DNA of 64,000 bases, taken from the IMG/VR virus record IMGVR_UViG_3300008116_000041, positions 828 through 64,827 of that record; one strand, written 5' to 3'. A program made the position numbers and the translations under genes. The notes below the pieces were generated by a model. It made no database searches and was not told the DNA's origin. It worked only from the letters and a program-made list of their open reading frames with translations. Source of the DNA: a virus (lineage: Duplodnaviria; Caudoviricetes). How positions within the stretch are numbered: the stretch's first letter is position 1; each line of letters starts with the position of its first letter. This document shows, one piece after another, positions 55,268 through 63,994 of the stretch.

Positions 55268-58033
55268 TTTTTCTTGCCAACCTTCCTCAGCCAATTCGTA
55301 CATATAATCGGGTTGTAAACCTCTACGGTGCCAATAGTTCAATTCCTGTTCTGTAATATCCAACACATCTTCTTTCAATTTGTCTTGGTCACCTTCTTCG
55401 AATGGTAATCCATTTATTAGTTCACATTGACCTGTTGTGAATATACCTCTATCTGCAGGATCATTAACAATCAAACCATCTCTGACCTCTTGTTTGAAAC
55501 AAACTAACAAAGGCTCAATTCTTTTGTTGAATGTTGTTACCGCTCTCGGTACATTGTATTCACCTGTTAAATTAGGATTTGTTTCTAAAATATTAGCATC
55601 CAACATATAACAGTTAACAACAACGCCATCCGTAATAGGTTTGTATTTCGGATTGATATTAAGATTGTACTCGTTTGTATCTTTGATTTGTTTTGCGGTC
55701 ATCTTTTGAACATCCCCCTGAGAAGCCTTTTTACCATTATTCACGTACATGATAACATCACCCAAGTTCACACTGAGGTTGTTCTGTAAAGCTAACTCCA
55801 TATGGGCCATCCTACTCATACTGTTTCCTGCCTTGGTCTTTTGAGTTAATCTTTTCTTATAATCATCAAGAGTAAGTTTTACTTTAGCCCTTTGAGCAAT
55901 TTTCGATAGAGGTATTTTCTGATCAAATATGATTTGAAGGTACTCGTAATAATACTCGATAAACTCCTTACCCTCACCTTTCAATAACATTTTGATTCCC
56001 TTGTCCAAGAATTCCTCAATATACAAAGGTAGCTTTTTCGATTTGATAGAATTGCCAGTCAACTTTATCTTACCCTTGGCATCCATTACTGCGTAATTTT
56101 TTCTGGCAAGATTTATACACGAAGGCCACACTCCGTCAGTATCAAGAGCCATCTCCCCTCTCATGAATATGTCGTTATATTCAGCAACGTCAGCATCAGG
56201 ACCTGTATATTCTTTTCCTTTTTTCACCTTCCAATTAAGTCCTCTACCAATGTACTTGTGTGTATCCACATCTTCAGGGCTCGAAAAGTTTACACCATCC
56301 GTATCCATCACAAGTGGAGTGTAACCTTTACTCATGAAATATTTGATCATCTGACGGAGATATTGTCTACCCGTACAAGTAATCTGTTCACCCATATACA
56401 TGTCACCCCACGCAAAAACCTGTGGAGCCGATAAGGCACCGAACATTGAGTTAATGAATATTTTGATCGGTAATTGTTTGTTTGAGTAAGACGCAGATAG
56501 TTGGGGATCCGTGGTGTAATATTCTTCAGCGAGTTGTTTGTATTTGATACGTGTGTCACGGAAATACTTCAACATTCCTTTCATTGCACCTGTTACATCA
56601 CAATCAGGAAAAACATCATGTACAAGTTGAATAGAGGGGTATAGAGACGAGAAGTCGAGCTTGAGTACATTCTTACTATATCCTACTTTAAGTAGTCGGG
56701 AAAGACCTCCTACGAAGTCTGTCTTGTCTTGTTTCGCCGGTATTGAAAGACCGTGTTTGTAAGACCACGCCAACATCAACATTTTCCAAAGTGTTGCGGT
56801 ACCCATTGTAGATACTCTTTCATAAGTTGTTGGAATCATGGATGCGAGTAAAAATGAAGCCTGATTGAACTCTTTATCCACAGCTAAAGTTTCCTCTAAG
56901 TCATCATCAAGATATCTCTCAACAAGATTGTCTCCTGTTGTTTTTATGTATGTTCCAGGGAACTTTATATCAAGATCCGCATACTCTGAAGCCTTTTTGT
57001 ACTTCCCGTTTTTTACGTTCAACCAGTACTCTTCTTTGGCAGCATACATTTTTCCTATGTTACCGTGATCTATGTAAACACGATCAGGTGCCTCCTTACC
57101 TATAAAGGTTGTGATATATTTCAAACCTGCCGCCTTAATACTTGAATTGATTGCCTGAGCTCTACGTACCGCATGTATAATATCGATCACATTATAACCC
57201 CAAATTGAAGTTTGTAGATAATCCTCAACTTCGTTTGCGAGTTTCAAAATGGACTCCTTTCTTGTGTATGAATGATTTGGGTGTAAGGATTTTACCGCTT
57301 TTCTCATATCGATACCAAGTCTTTGTGCTCTTTCGAATATCCAGTGCCAGTCGAAGTTTGCTGAATTATAACCACCAATAATACTTGGTTTGAGTTGGTC
57401 AATAATATCCAAGAACTCTATGATTGCGCCTTTTTCTTGTGATTCGTCCAAACACTCAATTACTTTGTGATAACCCTTATTTGTTTTGATTCCGATCATG
57501 AATATACGACCATCCTTAGGATCCAATGCATCTGTCTCCAAGTCAAATACAAGTCTTGTTACATCATCATAATCTGTGAATCCTTTGAATAATCTTTTCT
57601 CTTTGGAAATTAAATATTGTTCTACGGGAGGCAATATAAGAACTTTATCTTTAGTTTTTTCACCCCATGGATCACATCCTCCATCACGGAAAAACTGAAC
57701 TAATTCTCTATATCCTTTCAGTGATTTGACTAAGAAGGTAAGACCTTTCTCGAGTCTTTCATTATCCATCGTACCTAGTTTTTCGATGACAATACCGTAT
57801 TTGGTCATTGCTTCTTTCTGAGCACCTTTGGATCCTTGATAGAAATTAATATTTCTCAAATCACCAACCCACGCAAATGGAATGAATGTGTCTTTTCTGA
57901 TTTCTTTACCCTTACCAGGTATCTCTTTGATTTTGAAAATGGAGTTTGAAACATAATCAAACTCGATGGCAACTATAAACTGCTCATCATCGTTCCCTTG
58001 AAGGAACGCTTCGATTTCTTCGTTTGTAAACAT
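55244..58033 (-). CDS. polB: Family B DNA polymerase with 3'-5' exonuclease
   Basis: ExoI DLETD, ExoII GYNSANFDW, motif A LDFSSLYPS, motif B KIFINSMFG, motif C MDTDG. Confidence 0.95.
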   Translation of the reverse strand: MFTNEEIEAFLQGNDDEQFIVAIEFDYVSNSIFKIKEIPGKGKEIRKDTFIPFAWVGDLRNINFYQGSKGAQKEAMTKYGIVIEKLGTMDNERLEKGLTFLVKSLKGYRELVQFFRDGGCDPWGEKTKDKVLILPPVEQYLISKEKRLFKGFTDYDDVTRLVFDLETDALDPKDGRIFMIGIKTNKGYHKVIECLDESQEKGAIIEFLDIIDQLKPSIIGGYNSANFDWHWIFERAQRLGIDMRKAVKSLHPNHSYTRKESILKLANEVEDYLQTSIWGYNVIDIIHAVRRAQAINSSIKAAGLKYITTFIGKEAPDRVYIDHGNIGKMYAAKEEYWLNVKNGKYKKASEYADLDIKFPGTYIKTTGDNLVERYLDDDLEETLAVDKEFNQASFLLASMIPTTYERVSTMGTATLWKMLMLAWSYKHGLSIPAKQDKTDFVGGLSRLLKVGYSKNVLKLDFSSLYPSIQLVHDVFPDCDVTGAMKGMLKYFRDTRIKYKQLAEEYYTTDPQLSASYSNKQLPIKIFINSMFGALSAPQVFAWGDMYMGEQITCTGRQYLRQMIKYFMSKGYTPLVMDTDGVNFSSPEDVDTHKYIGRGLNWKVKKGKEYTGPDADVAEYNDIFMRGEMALDTDGVWPSCINLARKNYAVMDAKGKIKLTGNSIKSKKLPLYIEEFLDKGIKMLLKGEGKEFIEYYYEYLQIIFDQKIPLSKIAQRAKVKLTLDDYKKRLTQKTKAGNSMSRMAHMELALQNNLSVNLGDVIMYVNNGKKASQGDVQKMTAKQIKDTNEYNLNINPKYKPITDGVVVNCYMLDANILETNPNLTGEYNVPRAVTTFNKRIEPLLVCFKQEVRDGLIVNDPADRGIFTTGQCELINGLPFEEGDQDKLKEDVLDITEQELNYWHRRGLQPDYMYELAEEGWQEKLGLLQTV

Positions 58034-58037
58034 ATAT

Positions 58038-58095
58038 TGTAGCGAGTGGTTTATTGGCTTTCACACTATCGTGAAATTTACCTTACTCATCTACA
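58038..58095 (-). promoter_or_regulatory. Structured 5' leader of polB (candidate translational operator)
   Basis: Nested stems UGUAG/CUACA, UGAGU/ACUCG, GGU/ACC, UUUCAC/GUGAAA ending 4 nt before AUG. Confidence 0.55.
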
Positions 58096-58127
58096 ATAAA
58101 TATAAAAAAAGAAACTCTGTCGTCAAA
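58095..58127 (-). promoter_or_regulatory. Overlapping host-type promoter (TTTG-N19-TATATTTA) and TATTTATT motif upstream of polB
   Basis: TTTG at 58127-58124, TATATTTA at 58104-58097, TATTTATT at 58102-58095. Confidence 0.5.
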
Positions 58128-58508
58128 CTAACAACAGTTTGTTGAGGAAATAAAACTCGGTTGAACATTGATGTAAAGTTGTTCTCTTATCGGTAAGATA
58201 AGATTCCCTTCGTCACTCTTGAGTAAAAACTGACCTACGTATCTACCAGGTGTGTCGGTTTGCATTGCGTTGAATTGGAAATAAACGTAATACTCAGTTG
58301 GGGTGCCAGGTTCTGCAAATGTTTTCTCTACAATACTAGCCGGCGCCGAAACAATCTTAGGAATACCTGTTGCAGTATTAACCATACTGAAAAATATGTT
58401 AGATACTTCCAATAAATTCATGAAAGTAACATAATCACTTCTACCGTCCTTCACTATCTGCATTTTGAGCAAAGGAAGCGTGGCATTCTGCATTATAAAA
58501 AATTCCAT
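58128..58508 (-). CDS. BppU N-terminal-like (baseplate upper protein) Ig-like domain protein
   Basis: FFIMQNATLPLL...YFQF...TDTPGRYVGQF...LILP pattern. Confidence 0.6.
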   Translation of the reverse strand: MEFFIMQNATLPLLKMQIVKDGRSDYVTFMNLLEVSNIFFSMVNTATGIPKIVSAPASIVEKTFAEPGTPTEYYVYFQFNAMQTDTPGRYVGQFLLKSDEGNLILPIREQLYINVQPSFISSTNCC

Positions 58509-58511
58509 AAC

Positions 58512-58519
58512 AATAAATA
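58512..58519 (-). promoter_or_regulatory. Putative late promoter motif TATTTATT
   Basis: 3 nt upstream of ATG 58508. Confidence 0.5.
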
Positions 58520-58525
58520 TATTAG

Positions 58526-60208
58526 TTAGGATTCTTTACGTAGGCTTCTTTCGTAATGGTCAAATCTATTGTGTTCTGTAGGAGTCATAAGTAAAATACC
58601 TGCAAATATTCTATCCTTCTTCATTTCTTGATAGATGTATGACATCCATGTTTGTTCGAAAGGTCTAGCCCATGTTGTTTCTAAGAACATTTTTTTATTA
58701 CCTTCTTTTGAAACTATTTGTGGCCAATTACAGTAATATATTTCTCCTACACCATATGGGATACCCTGATATGATTGAACTAAATGGAAAGCGGTCTTTG
58801 GTGCATTTGGATCTAATCCTAATTCAGGTAGCCTTTTGTTGTTTGGCCAATACTCATCTCTGACGGATTGAGGTACGTTATACCACGCCCATTGTGTTCC
58901 ATTATCACCAAAAAATTCCGTATAGTTCAATTTCATGAAATCGAATTCTTCCCTGTGGATGATTTCCAAAGTTTTCAAATAGAAATTTTCAACATATCTG
59001 TTATATCCATTTCTACAAACACCAACCTCAGGGTAGAAGAACATATCATCTTCGAAGAAATGCATGTAATCTAAATCAGTCTTATCGAAATGTTCAGCAA
59101 TGAATTGTCTACCACCACATATTCCTAAATTACCCCCTTCAGGGACAATATGTTCGAAATCATATTCTTTACAAAGTTGATCATATTCTTCAAATGTCGA
59201 GTGATCTGTAGAATTATTTAATAAGAATTTTTTAGGCATTTCTAAGAAATTCTTATCGTATGCATTCATTGAATCAATTAACGTTTTGAATTGATTGGGA
59301 CTATTGAAAGTTATAACATATAAGCCCACTTTTTTCGGATCCATAGGAGATTTTGATACACCATTAACTTTATGTTCTGTCTTGGCTTCTAACCTGTCGT
59401 TTTTCAAATCTTCGAAGAACTTACCAACTAGACCATTTCCTTCAATTTCAAAGTAATTTACTAAATCGGCATTTTTGTAACACATGATACTGAAAATAGA
59501 TTCTTCAGTACCCATATACCCATCCCTTAAAGTAGTGTTAAGAAGGTTATAATATATCCCATTGATTTCAGATATCGTGTCTTTAGGACCTCCGAAGAAC
59601 CCACCTCTTGCAACTTTTTCCACTTTAGCACCAGCAATTTCATTCATCTTATTGAATTCGAAACCGTGGATTTCGTTATTTGCTTCGTAAGGAAAACATA
59701 TGAATGAAAACTTAGAGATATATTTGGAAAGTTTATCCAAAACTTTATCGTGTGTAAAATACCCTGGATGTACCGTATTGGTAATACCACCGTCAAGCCA
59801 AAACATATATTTTGAATCAAACCTATCCATTATTTTAGCATCGTGAAGAAGGAACATCTTCGACATAACTAATGGATTGTATAACTCAAGTCTTGATTGA
59901 GTCGACTCAGGTAACCACCCTGCAAGGTTTTTCCATTCGGGATTGTTCCTTATTGTCTGTATGTTGTTGTAGAATTCGTTGTTTCTGAACCATTCTACAT
60001 CTCTCAAAATGAATTGTGTTTTATTTGGATCTCGTTTTTTAGAAACAATCTCTTGTAATTTACTGTCTCCGTAAATTATCATGTTTACATCAAAATCCAA
60101 AACTAAGTCGAATCTTTTCATGTAGTCAGAATATGAACGTGACCATCCTTCTGATAATCCGTCACGACCGATATCCCATATCCCCGTTACAATTGTAATA
60201 TCACTCAT
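58526..60208 (-). CDS. Two-domain glycosyltransferase: WlaTC/HtrL (YibB)-like plus GT-A (GT2-like) domain
   Basis: ITIVTGIWDIGR...FWLDGG...GGFFGG...GTEES (HtrL-like); VITFNSP...NLGICGGR...FFEDD (GT-A). Confidence 0.8.
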   Translation of the reverse strand: MSDITIVTGIWDIGRDGLSEGWSRSYSDYMKRFDLVLDFDVNMIIYGDSKLQEIVSKKRDPNKTQFILRDVEWFRNNEFYNNIQTIRNNPEWKNLAGWLPESTQSRLELYNPLVMSKMFLLHDAKIMDRFDSKYMFWLDGGITNTVHPGYFTHDKVLDKLSKYISKFSFICFPYEANNEIHGFEFNKMNEIAGAKVEKVARGGFFGGPKDTISEINGIYYNLLNTTLRDGYMGTEESIFSIMCYKNADLVNYFEIEGNGLVGKFFEDLKNDRLEAKTEHKVNGVSKSPMDPKKVGLYVITFNSPNQFKTLIDSMNAYDKNFLEMPKKFLLNNSTDHSTFEEYDQLCKEYDFEHIVPEGGNLGICGGRQFIAEHFDKTDLDYMHFFEDDMFFYPEVGVCRNGYNRYVENFYLKTLEIIHREEFDFMKLNYTEFFGDNGTQWAWYNVPQSVRDEYWPNNKRLPELGLDPNAPKTAFHLVQSYQGIPYGVGEIYYCNWPQIVSKEGNKKMFLETTWARPFEQTWMSYIYQEMKKDRIFAGILLMTPTEHNRFDHYERSLRKES

Positions 60209-61085
60209 CTATTTTATTTATTTCTGTTAATATTTTATAGAAACTTTTATTTCTGTCGAAAAGCGTTGGGTCCGTGCCAGGAGGACAATTATCTCTACAC
60301 CACCATATGTCGAAGTGTTTTCTCTCAAATCTTTCTCTATGATTCACATACATTAGGGTCATAATTTGTTCTTCCATAGGTAACCCTTCTTGAGGATCCT
60401 CCAACACTTTTTGAAGATAATCTTCGAATGTTGTTACCAACCAATTCCAATTTTCTTTTTTACCACCAAATAACCCACCAATGATATGGATAGATCTATC
60501 ATATTCTGTATAATATTTTCTATCGACAGTTCCTGACCAATAATTTCTATCATTCTCTTTTCCTATTAAGAAAATTTTATCGCCAGTGAATTCATTCAAA
60601 CCTGATAAGAAATCATTCTGAAATAAGTTTGATTCATAGTAACGTCTTTGAAGTCCCTCATCAGTAAGGTATTTCAAAGGTATAAGTCCACAGTGGGAAA
60701 GTCCTGCATCAATCCAATAATAATAATCATAGGAACCATCTTCATTCCACCACCAGTGAAACTTAGAATATTGTACCTCGACACATCTATCAGAACTTTT
60801 AACTTGATCCAAGTTCTTTTTACTATTGATTAAATCCTTGAATTTAGTGTCATAAAGACTGAACGTCTTGAACTGTAATTGTTTAGGATCTATATTGTGT
60901 AGTTCGTAAAAGAATACTTCTAATTCTTGCTTTTCTTCTTCTGTGGTATAACAAACGAAATCTGCATTTGTCATTTTTAGAAGTGACAGTAAACTGTATC
61001 TGTAGTGGCCGCCTCTCGCAGGTCTACCACCTAAATCTGTTCCGTTCAACCTTCCGTATATTGCGGTTATGAATTTAACTGACAT
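60201..61085 (-). CDS. WlaTC/HtrL (YibB)-like glycosyltransferase
   Basis: FITAIY...SKF...YWIDAGL...IGGLFGG...EEQIM motifs, paralogous to the neighbour. Confidence 0.75.
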   Translation of the reverse strand: MSVKFITAIYGRLNGTDLGGRPARGGHYRYSLLSLLKMTNADFVCYTTEEEKQELEVFFYELHNIDPKQLQFKTFSLYDTKFKDLINSKKNLDQVKSSDRCVEVQYSKFHWWWNEDGSYDYYYWIDAGLSHCGLIPLKYLTDEGLQRRYYESNLFQNDFLSGLNEFTGDKIFLIGKENDRNYWSGTVDRKYYTEYDRSIHIIGGLFGGKKENWNWLVTTFEDYLQKVLEDPQEGLPMEEQIMTLMYVNHRERFERKHFDIWWCRDNCPPGTDPTLFDRNKSFYKILTEINKIDE

Positions 61086-61818
61086 TGAAATCTATATGTT
61101 TTTTTTCTTTTTTTATCTCTTCCATTTTGTCTTGATGAACATAGAAACTTTCTATTTTCACGGGAGAGTATTGGTTCCAATTGTAAACCTGTGTATAATA
61201 ATTATTGTACATCCCATGTGACACATCAGAATAAGATCTTCTCTGAGGTGCAATCGGTAATATTGGACAATAACTTTGTTTCTTAGGATAAATAAAATTC
61301 GCCAAGTATCCGTCAATCGGAAAGTAGTAATCTCCTGATGTGAAAGCTGTTAGTGATATATCGAAAATCTCATCATAAACGGATTCATCGTATATCATCA
61401 TATTTGTCGCAAATGTCTCCGCGTTATCATTGTTGTTTCTTGGTGGAAGATTAGTTATATCCAAAAGAAGATTATATTTTTCACTTCTGTTAACAGGTCT
61501 ATTCAAAGAGGGAGTTACGTTAAAAACTGAAAACTCTATGTCCTCTATTTGATTCTCTAATTGATCTATGAATGACTTCGAATAAGGCATGAAAATACAA
61601 TCATCTTCGATTACCATTACCCTCTTATATCCTCTTTCTTTTGCAATCTTAATCACCTCGAGATGTGATAAAGTACACCCCATATAACTGTTAGTGTTGA
61701 TTGCACTAAATCTCTCAAAAGACCAGCCAATATAATTCATTTCCTCAGTGATTAGAGATAAATTCTCCACCCTGTGATCAAGATTGATAACAAACTTAGG
61801 AAGGTCTAAAAATTTCAT
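61075..61818 (-). CDS. GT25-family glycosyltransferase
   Basis: INLDHR...FERFSAI...GCTLSH...VIEDD motifs; start moved to ATG 61818 (TAATG overlap). Confidence 0.82.
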   Translation of the reverse strand: MKFLDLPKFVINLDHRVENLSLITEEMNYIGWSFERFSAINTNSYMGCTLSHLEVIKIAKERGYKRVMVIEDDCIFMPYSKSFIDQLENQIEDIEFSVFNVTPSLNRPVNRSEKYNLLLDITNLPPRNNNDNAETFATNMMIYDESVYDEIFDISLTAFTSGDYYFPIDGYLANFIYPKKQSYCPILPIAPQRRSYSDVSHGMYNNYYTQVYNWNQYSPVKIESFYVHQDKMEEIKKEKKHIDFNVS

Positions 61819-63083
61819 TAACTTACGTGATTGTGTGTTAATTGACCTGTTAATCTTTCGCACCAACCCTTTGATTCAGAGTGTGGCCAAACAACCCAAT
61901 ATGCTGGCATAACATCTGTTTGGAACTCTCTCCAAATTTTACAATATTTGTCAGGGTCTCTGAAATACCCTTGAATTTCGTTTTTATCAGAATCTCTTCT
62001 GAAAAGCGTTTCGTCATTAGGACCATGGAATGCAACCACCCAAAAGTCATAATCCTTTTCAGGTACCTTATCATATCCAACATCAATACAATGTTTGTAT
62101 ACTTTAGCAAAATCATTTTTCCAATCTTCCTCTGTAGCATAATTGTAAGGGTTTGGAGGATAATTTTTATCTAATGTGTATTTTTGAATTGCTCTTTTTT
62201 CGAACAATATACCCGCATATTTCTCATATTCTCTCAAAGGTCTAACAGGACCAAAACCGTATGGACCATCATGACCTTCTTGTACTTCACCATCCATACC
62301 AAATAGTTTTCTATTGGTTAAGTGACTTTTCTGATTTCTTTTTACCCATTCTTTATCGTCATCCCACTGTTTTGTTCTTCCTTTACGAGTATATTCATGG
62401 TAAACAACAGGAATGTGAGGGTGGAATAAATCATAACCCCAAGTATACGCTCTCGCAGCAATTGAGATTTCTTCCCCGTGGAAATAATATTCAGGATTGT
62501 GTTGAACCTCTACAGAGAACTCACCTAACGTAAAACAGAAATGGGCAGAATAGAATCTTGCAGTAACAGGTTTTTTCATTTCTCTCCAACCTGGGATTGT
62601 TTCAGGTAGGAAGAAAACAGCACCTTCAGGAATGAATCTATCGAAAACCATTCTCCAAGCATCAGTGGCTCTTCCTGCAGGGTCGTTGTCAGGATCAAAG
62701 GAGGGTACATAACCCGTAAGTAGAGGTTTCTTATACCCATCCTTTTGTAGACCCTTTATCATTTTGATTAAGATATCATCCCAATCTTTCACGAATCTCA
62801 TATGTGAATCTATCTGTAAAGTATAAGTTTCACCATCATATAATTGTTGTACTAAATGTCTTGCCCAACAAACACCTTGAGCTTCTTGATAAGGTATATC
62901 TAAGATTTTAAATCTTTTGTCGGATCTGAACTCATCTAAGTTATCAAAACCATCGGATTCACTGAATTGTCTGGATATTCCTAATACTAAGTTTTTTGGT
63001 CTTTTTGCGTTTGCCAACATGTCTTTAATTGTTGGAACTAATTGAGGGTCTCTGTAAGAGGCGATTTGTACAAAAATTTTCAT
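61818..63083 (-). CDS. GT60-family polypeptide alpha-GlcNAc transferase-like (Gnt1/OGNT-like)
   Basis: IFVQIASYRDP, GVCWARH, LQIDSHMRF (DSH motif), FHGEEI, YHEY signatures. Confidence 0.85.
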   Translation of the reverse strand: MKIFVQIASYRDPQLVPTIKDMLANAKRPKNLVLGISRQFSESDGFDNLDEFRSDKRFKILDIPYQEAQGVCWARHLVQQLYDGETYTLQIDSHMRFVKDWDDILIKMIKGLQKDGYKKPLLTGYVPSFDPDNDPAGRATDAWRMVFDRFIPEGAVFFLPETIPGWREMKKPVTARFYSAHFCFTLGEFSVEVQHNPEYYFHGEEISIAARAYTWGYDLFHPHIPVVYHEYTRKGRTKQWDDDKEWVKRNQKSHLTNRKLFGMDGEVQEGHDGPYGFGPVRPLREYEKYAGILFEKRAIQKYTLDKNYPPNPYNYATEEDWKNDFAKVYKHCIDVGYDKVPEKDYDFWVVAFHGPNDETLFRRDSDKNEIQGYFRDPDKYCKIWREFQTDVMPAYWVVWPHSESKGWCERLTGQLTHNHVS

Positions 63084-63107
63084 TAAAATATATTTTGTAT
63101 AAAAAAT

Positions 63108-63135
63108 AAAAAACCCTCCAAATAAGTGGAGGGTT
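63108..63135 (-). terminator. Intrinsic terminator between fibre gene and GT cluster
   Basis: AACCCUCCA-CUUAUU-UGGAGGGUU followed by U-run. Confidence 0.75.
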
Positions 63136-63157
63136 GTTTTGAAATATTACTAATATC

Positions 63158-63994
63158 TTATACTTGAGTGACAGTCACAATGACCGAAGGTACTGCTGGT
63201 CTTGTTGGATTTGTGAATGGACCTGGATCATAAGCAAATCCCAATCTTATATCACTAACGCTGAATTTTAACTCGAAATAATCACCAGCATTCATAGGTT
63301 CGACAAAATTCCACGCAGCAACAGACCTACCGTTATTAGAATTACCAACAACTTGAGTGTTTGAATTATCTACATTGTTTCCATTTATTGCCAACCAAAT
63401 ATCCATAGTTTGAGTATTTCCTCCACCTGTCGATTCTATCTGACAAGAAAACTGAAGATTGTACGTACCCGCACTCGCAACAACAAATCTTGTATCTGCA
63501 GAAACTGTTACACCACTTGATGAAGATACTGTTTCTGCAGTCATAGAATAGGCTGTAGTTGTTGATGTAACATACTGACTTTGTGTTGAAAGGAATGAAC
63601 CCCAAGACCTGTTTGGTAATAAAGGTGTGACTCCTGAAGTACCGGATGTACCGCTAGACCCTGAAGATCCCGATGTACCACTTGACCCAGACGTTCCTGA
63701 AGTACCAGATGAACCATCGGTTCCGTTAGAACCTGAAGTACCATCCGTACCATTGCTACCGCTTGTTCCTGATGTACCTGATGAACCATCGGTTCCGTTA
63801 GAACCTGAAGTACCATCCGTACCATTGCTACCGCTTGTTCCTGATGTACCTGATGAACCGTCGATACCTGAAGTTCCACTACTTCCACTTGTACCCGATG
63901 AACCTGTACCACCTGAAAATTGCTCAGTTAACGCTGAAAAATATATTTTATTAGTTACCCCGCCTGGGTCAACATCATAATTTACAATTGCCAT
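63158..63994 (-). CDS. Collagen-like Gly-Thr-Ser repeat fibre protein with C1q/BclA-like C-terminal domain (true start may lie beyond window)
   Basis: About 95 aa of G-x-x repeats (GTS/GSS/GTD/GSN), then AGTYNLQFS...GDYFEL jelly-roll motif; frame remains open to the window end. Confidence 0.75.
   Translation of the reverse strand: MAIVNYDVDPGGVTNKIYFSALTEQFSGGTGSSGTSGSSGTSGIDGSSGTSGTSGSNGTDGTSGSNGTDGSSGTSGTSGSNGTDGTSGSNGTDGSSGTSGTSGSSGTSGSSGSSGTSGTSGVTPLLPNRSWGSFLSTQSQYVTSTTTAYSMTAETVSSSSGVTVSADTRFVVASAGTYNLQFSCQIESTGGGNTQTMDIWLAINGNNVDNSNTQVVGNSNNGRSVAAWNFVEPMNAGDYFELKFSVSDIRLGFAYDPGPFTNPTRPAVPSVIVTVTQV
63708..63851. repeat. Exact 72-nt tandem duplication inside GTS repeat
   Basis: Unit gatgaaccatcggttcc...cctgatgtacct at 63708-63779 and 63780-63851. 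Confidence 0.9.

Noticed and set aside
20221-58033. Inteins or introns in nrdJ, helicase, recA or polB
   Set aside because: Lengths and motif spacing look normal; no intein terminal motifs or split frames were seen.
3669-62533. Numerous 60-170 aa antisense or alternative-frame ORFs inside long genes
   Set aside because: Almost all lie within well-supported genes, lack recognisable motifs, and are expected by chance.
1231-63851. CRISPR array or DGR template/variable repeats
   Set aside because: The repeats found are in-frame coding repeats with no spacers, no adenine-specific mismatch pattern and no reverse transcriptase in the window.
63366-63980. Alternative-frame ORFs (PEVPDVP and VQVH repeats)
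   Set aside because: Shadows of the GTS-repeat fibre gene.
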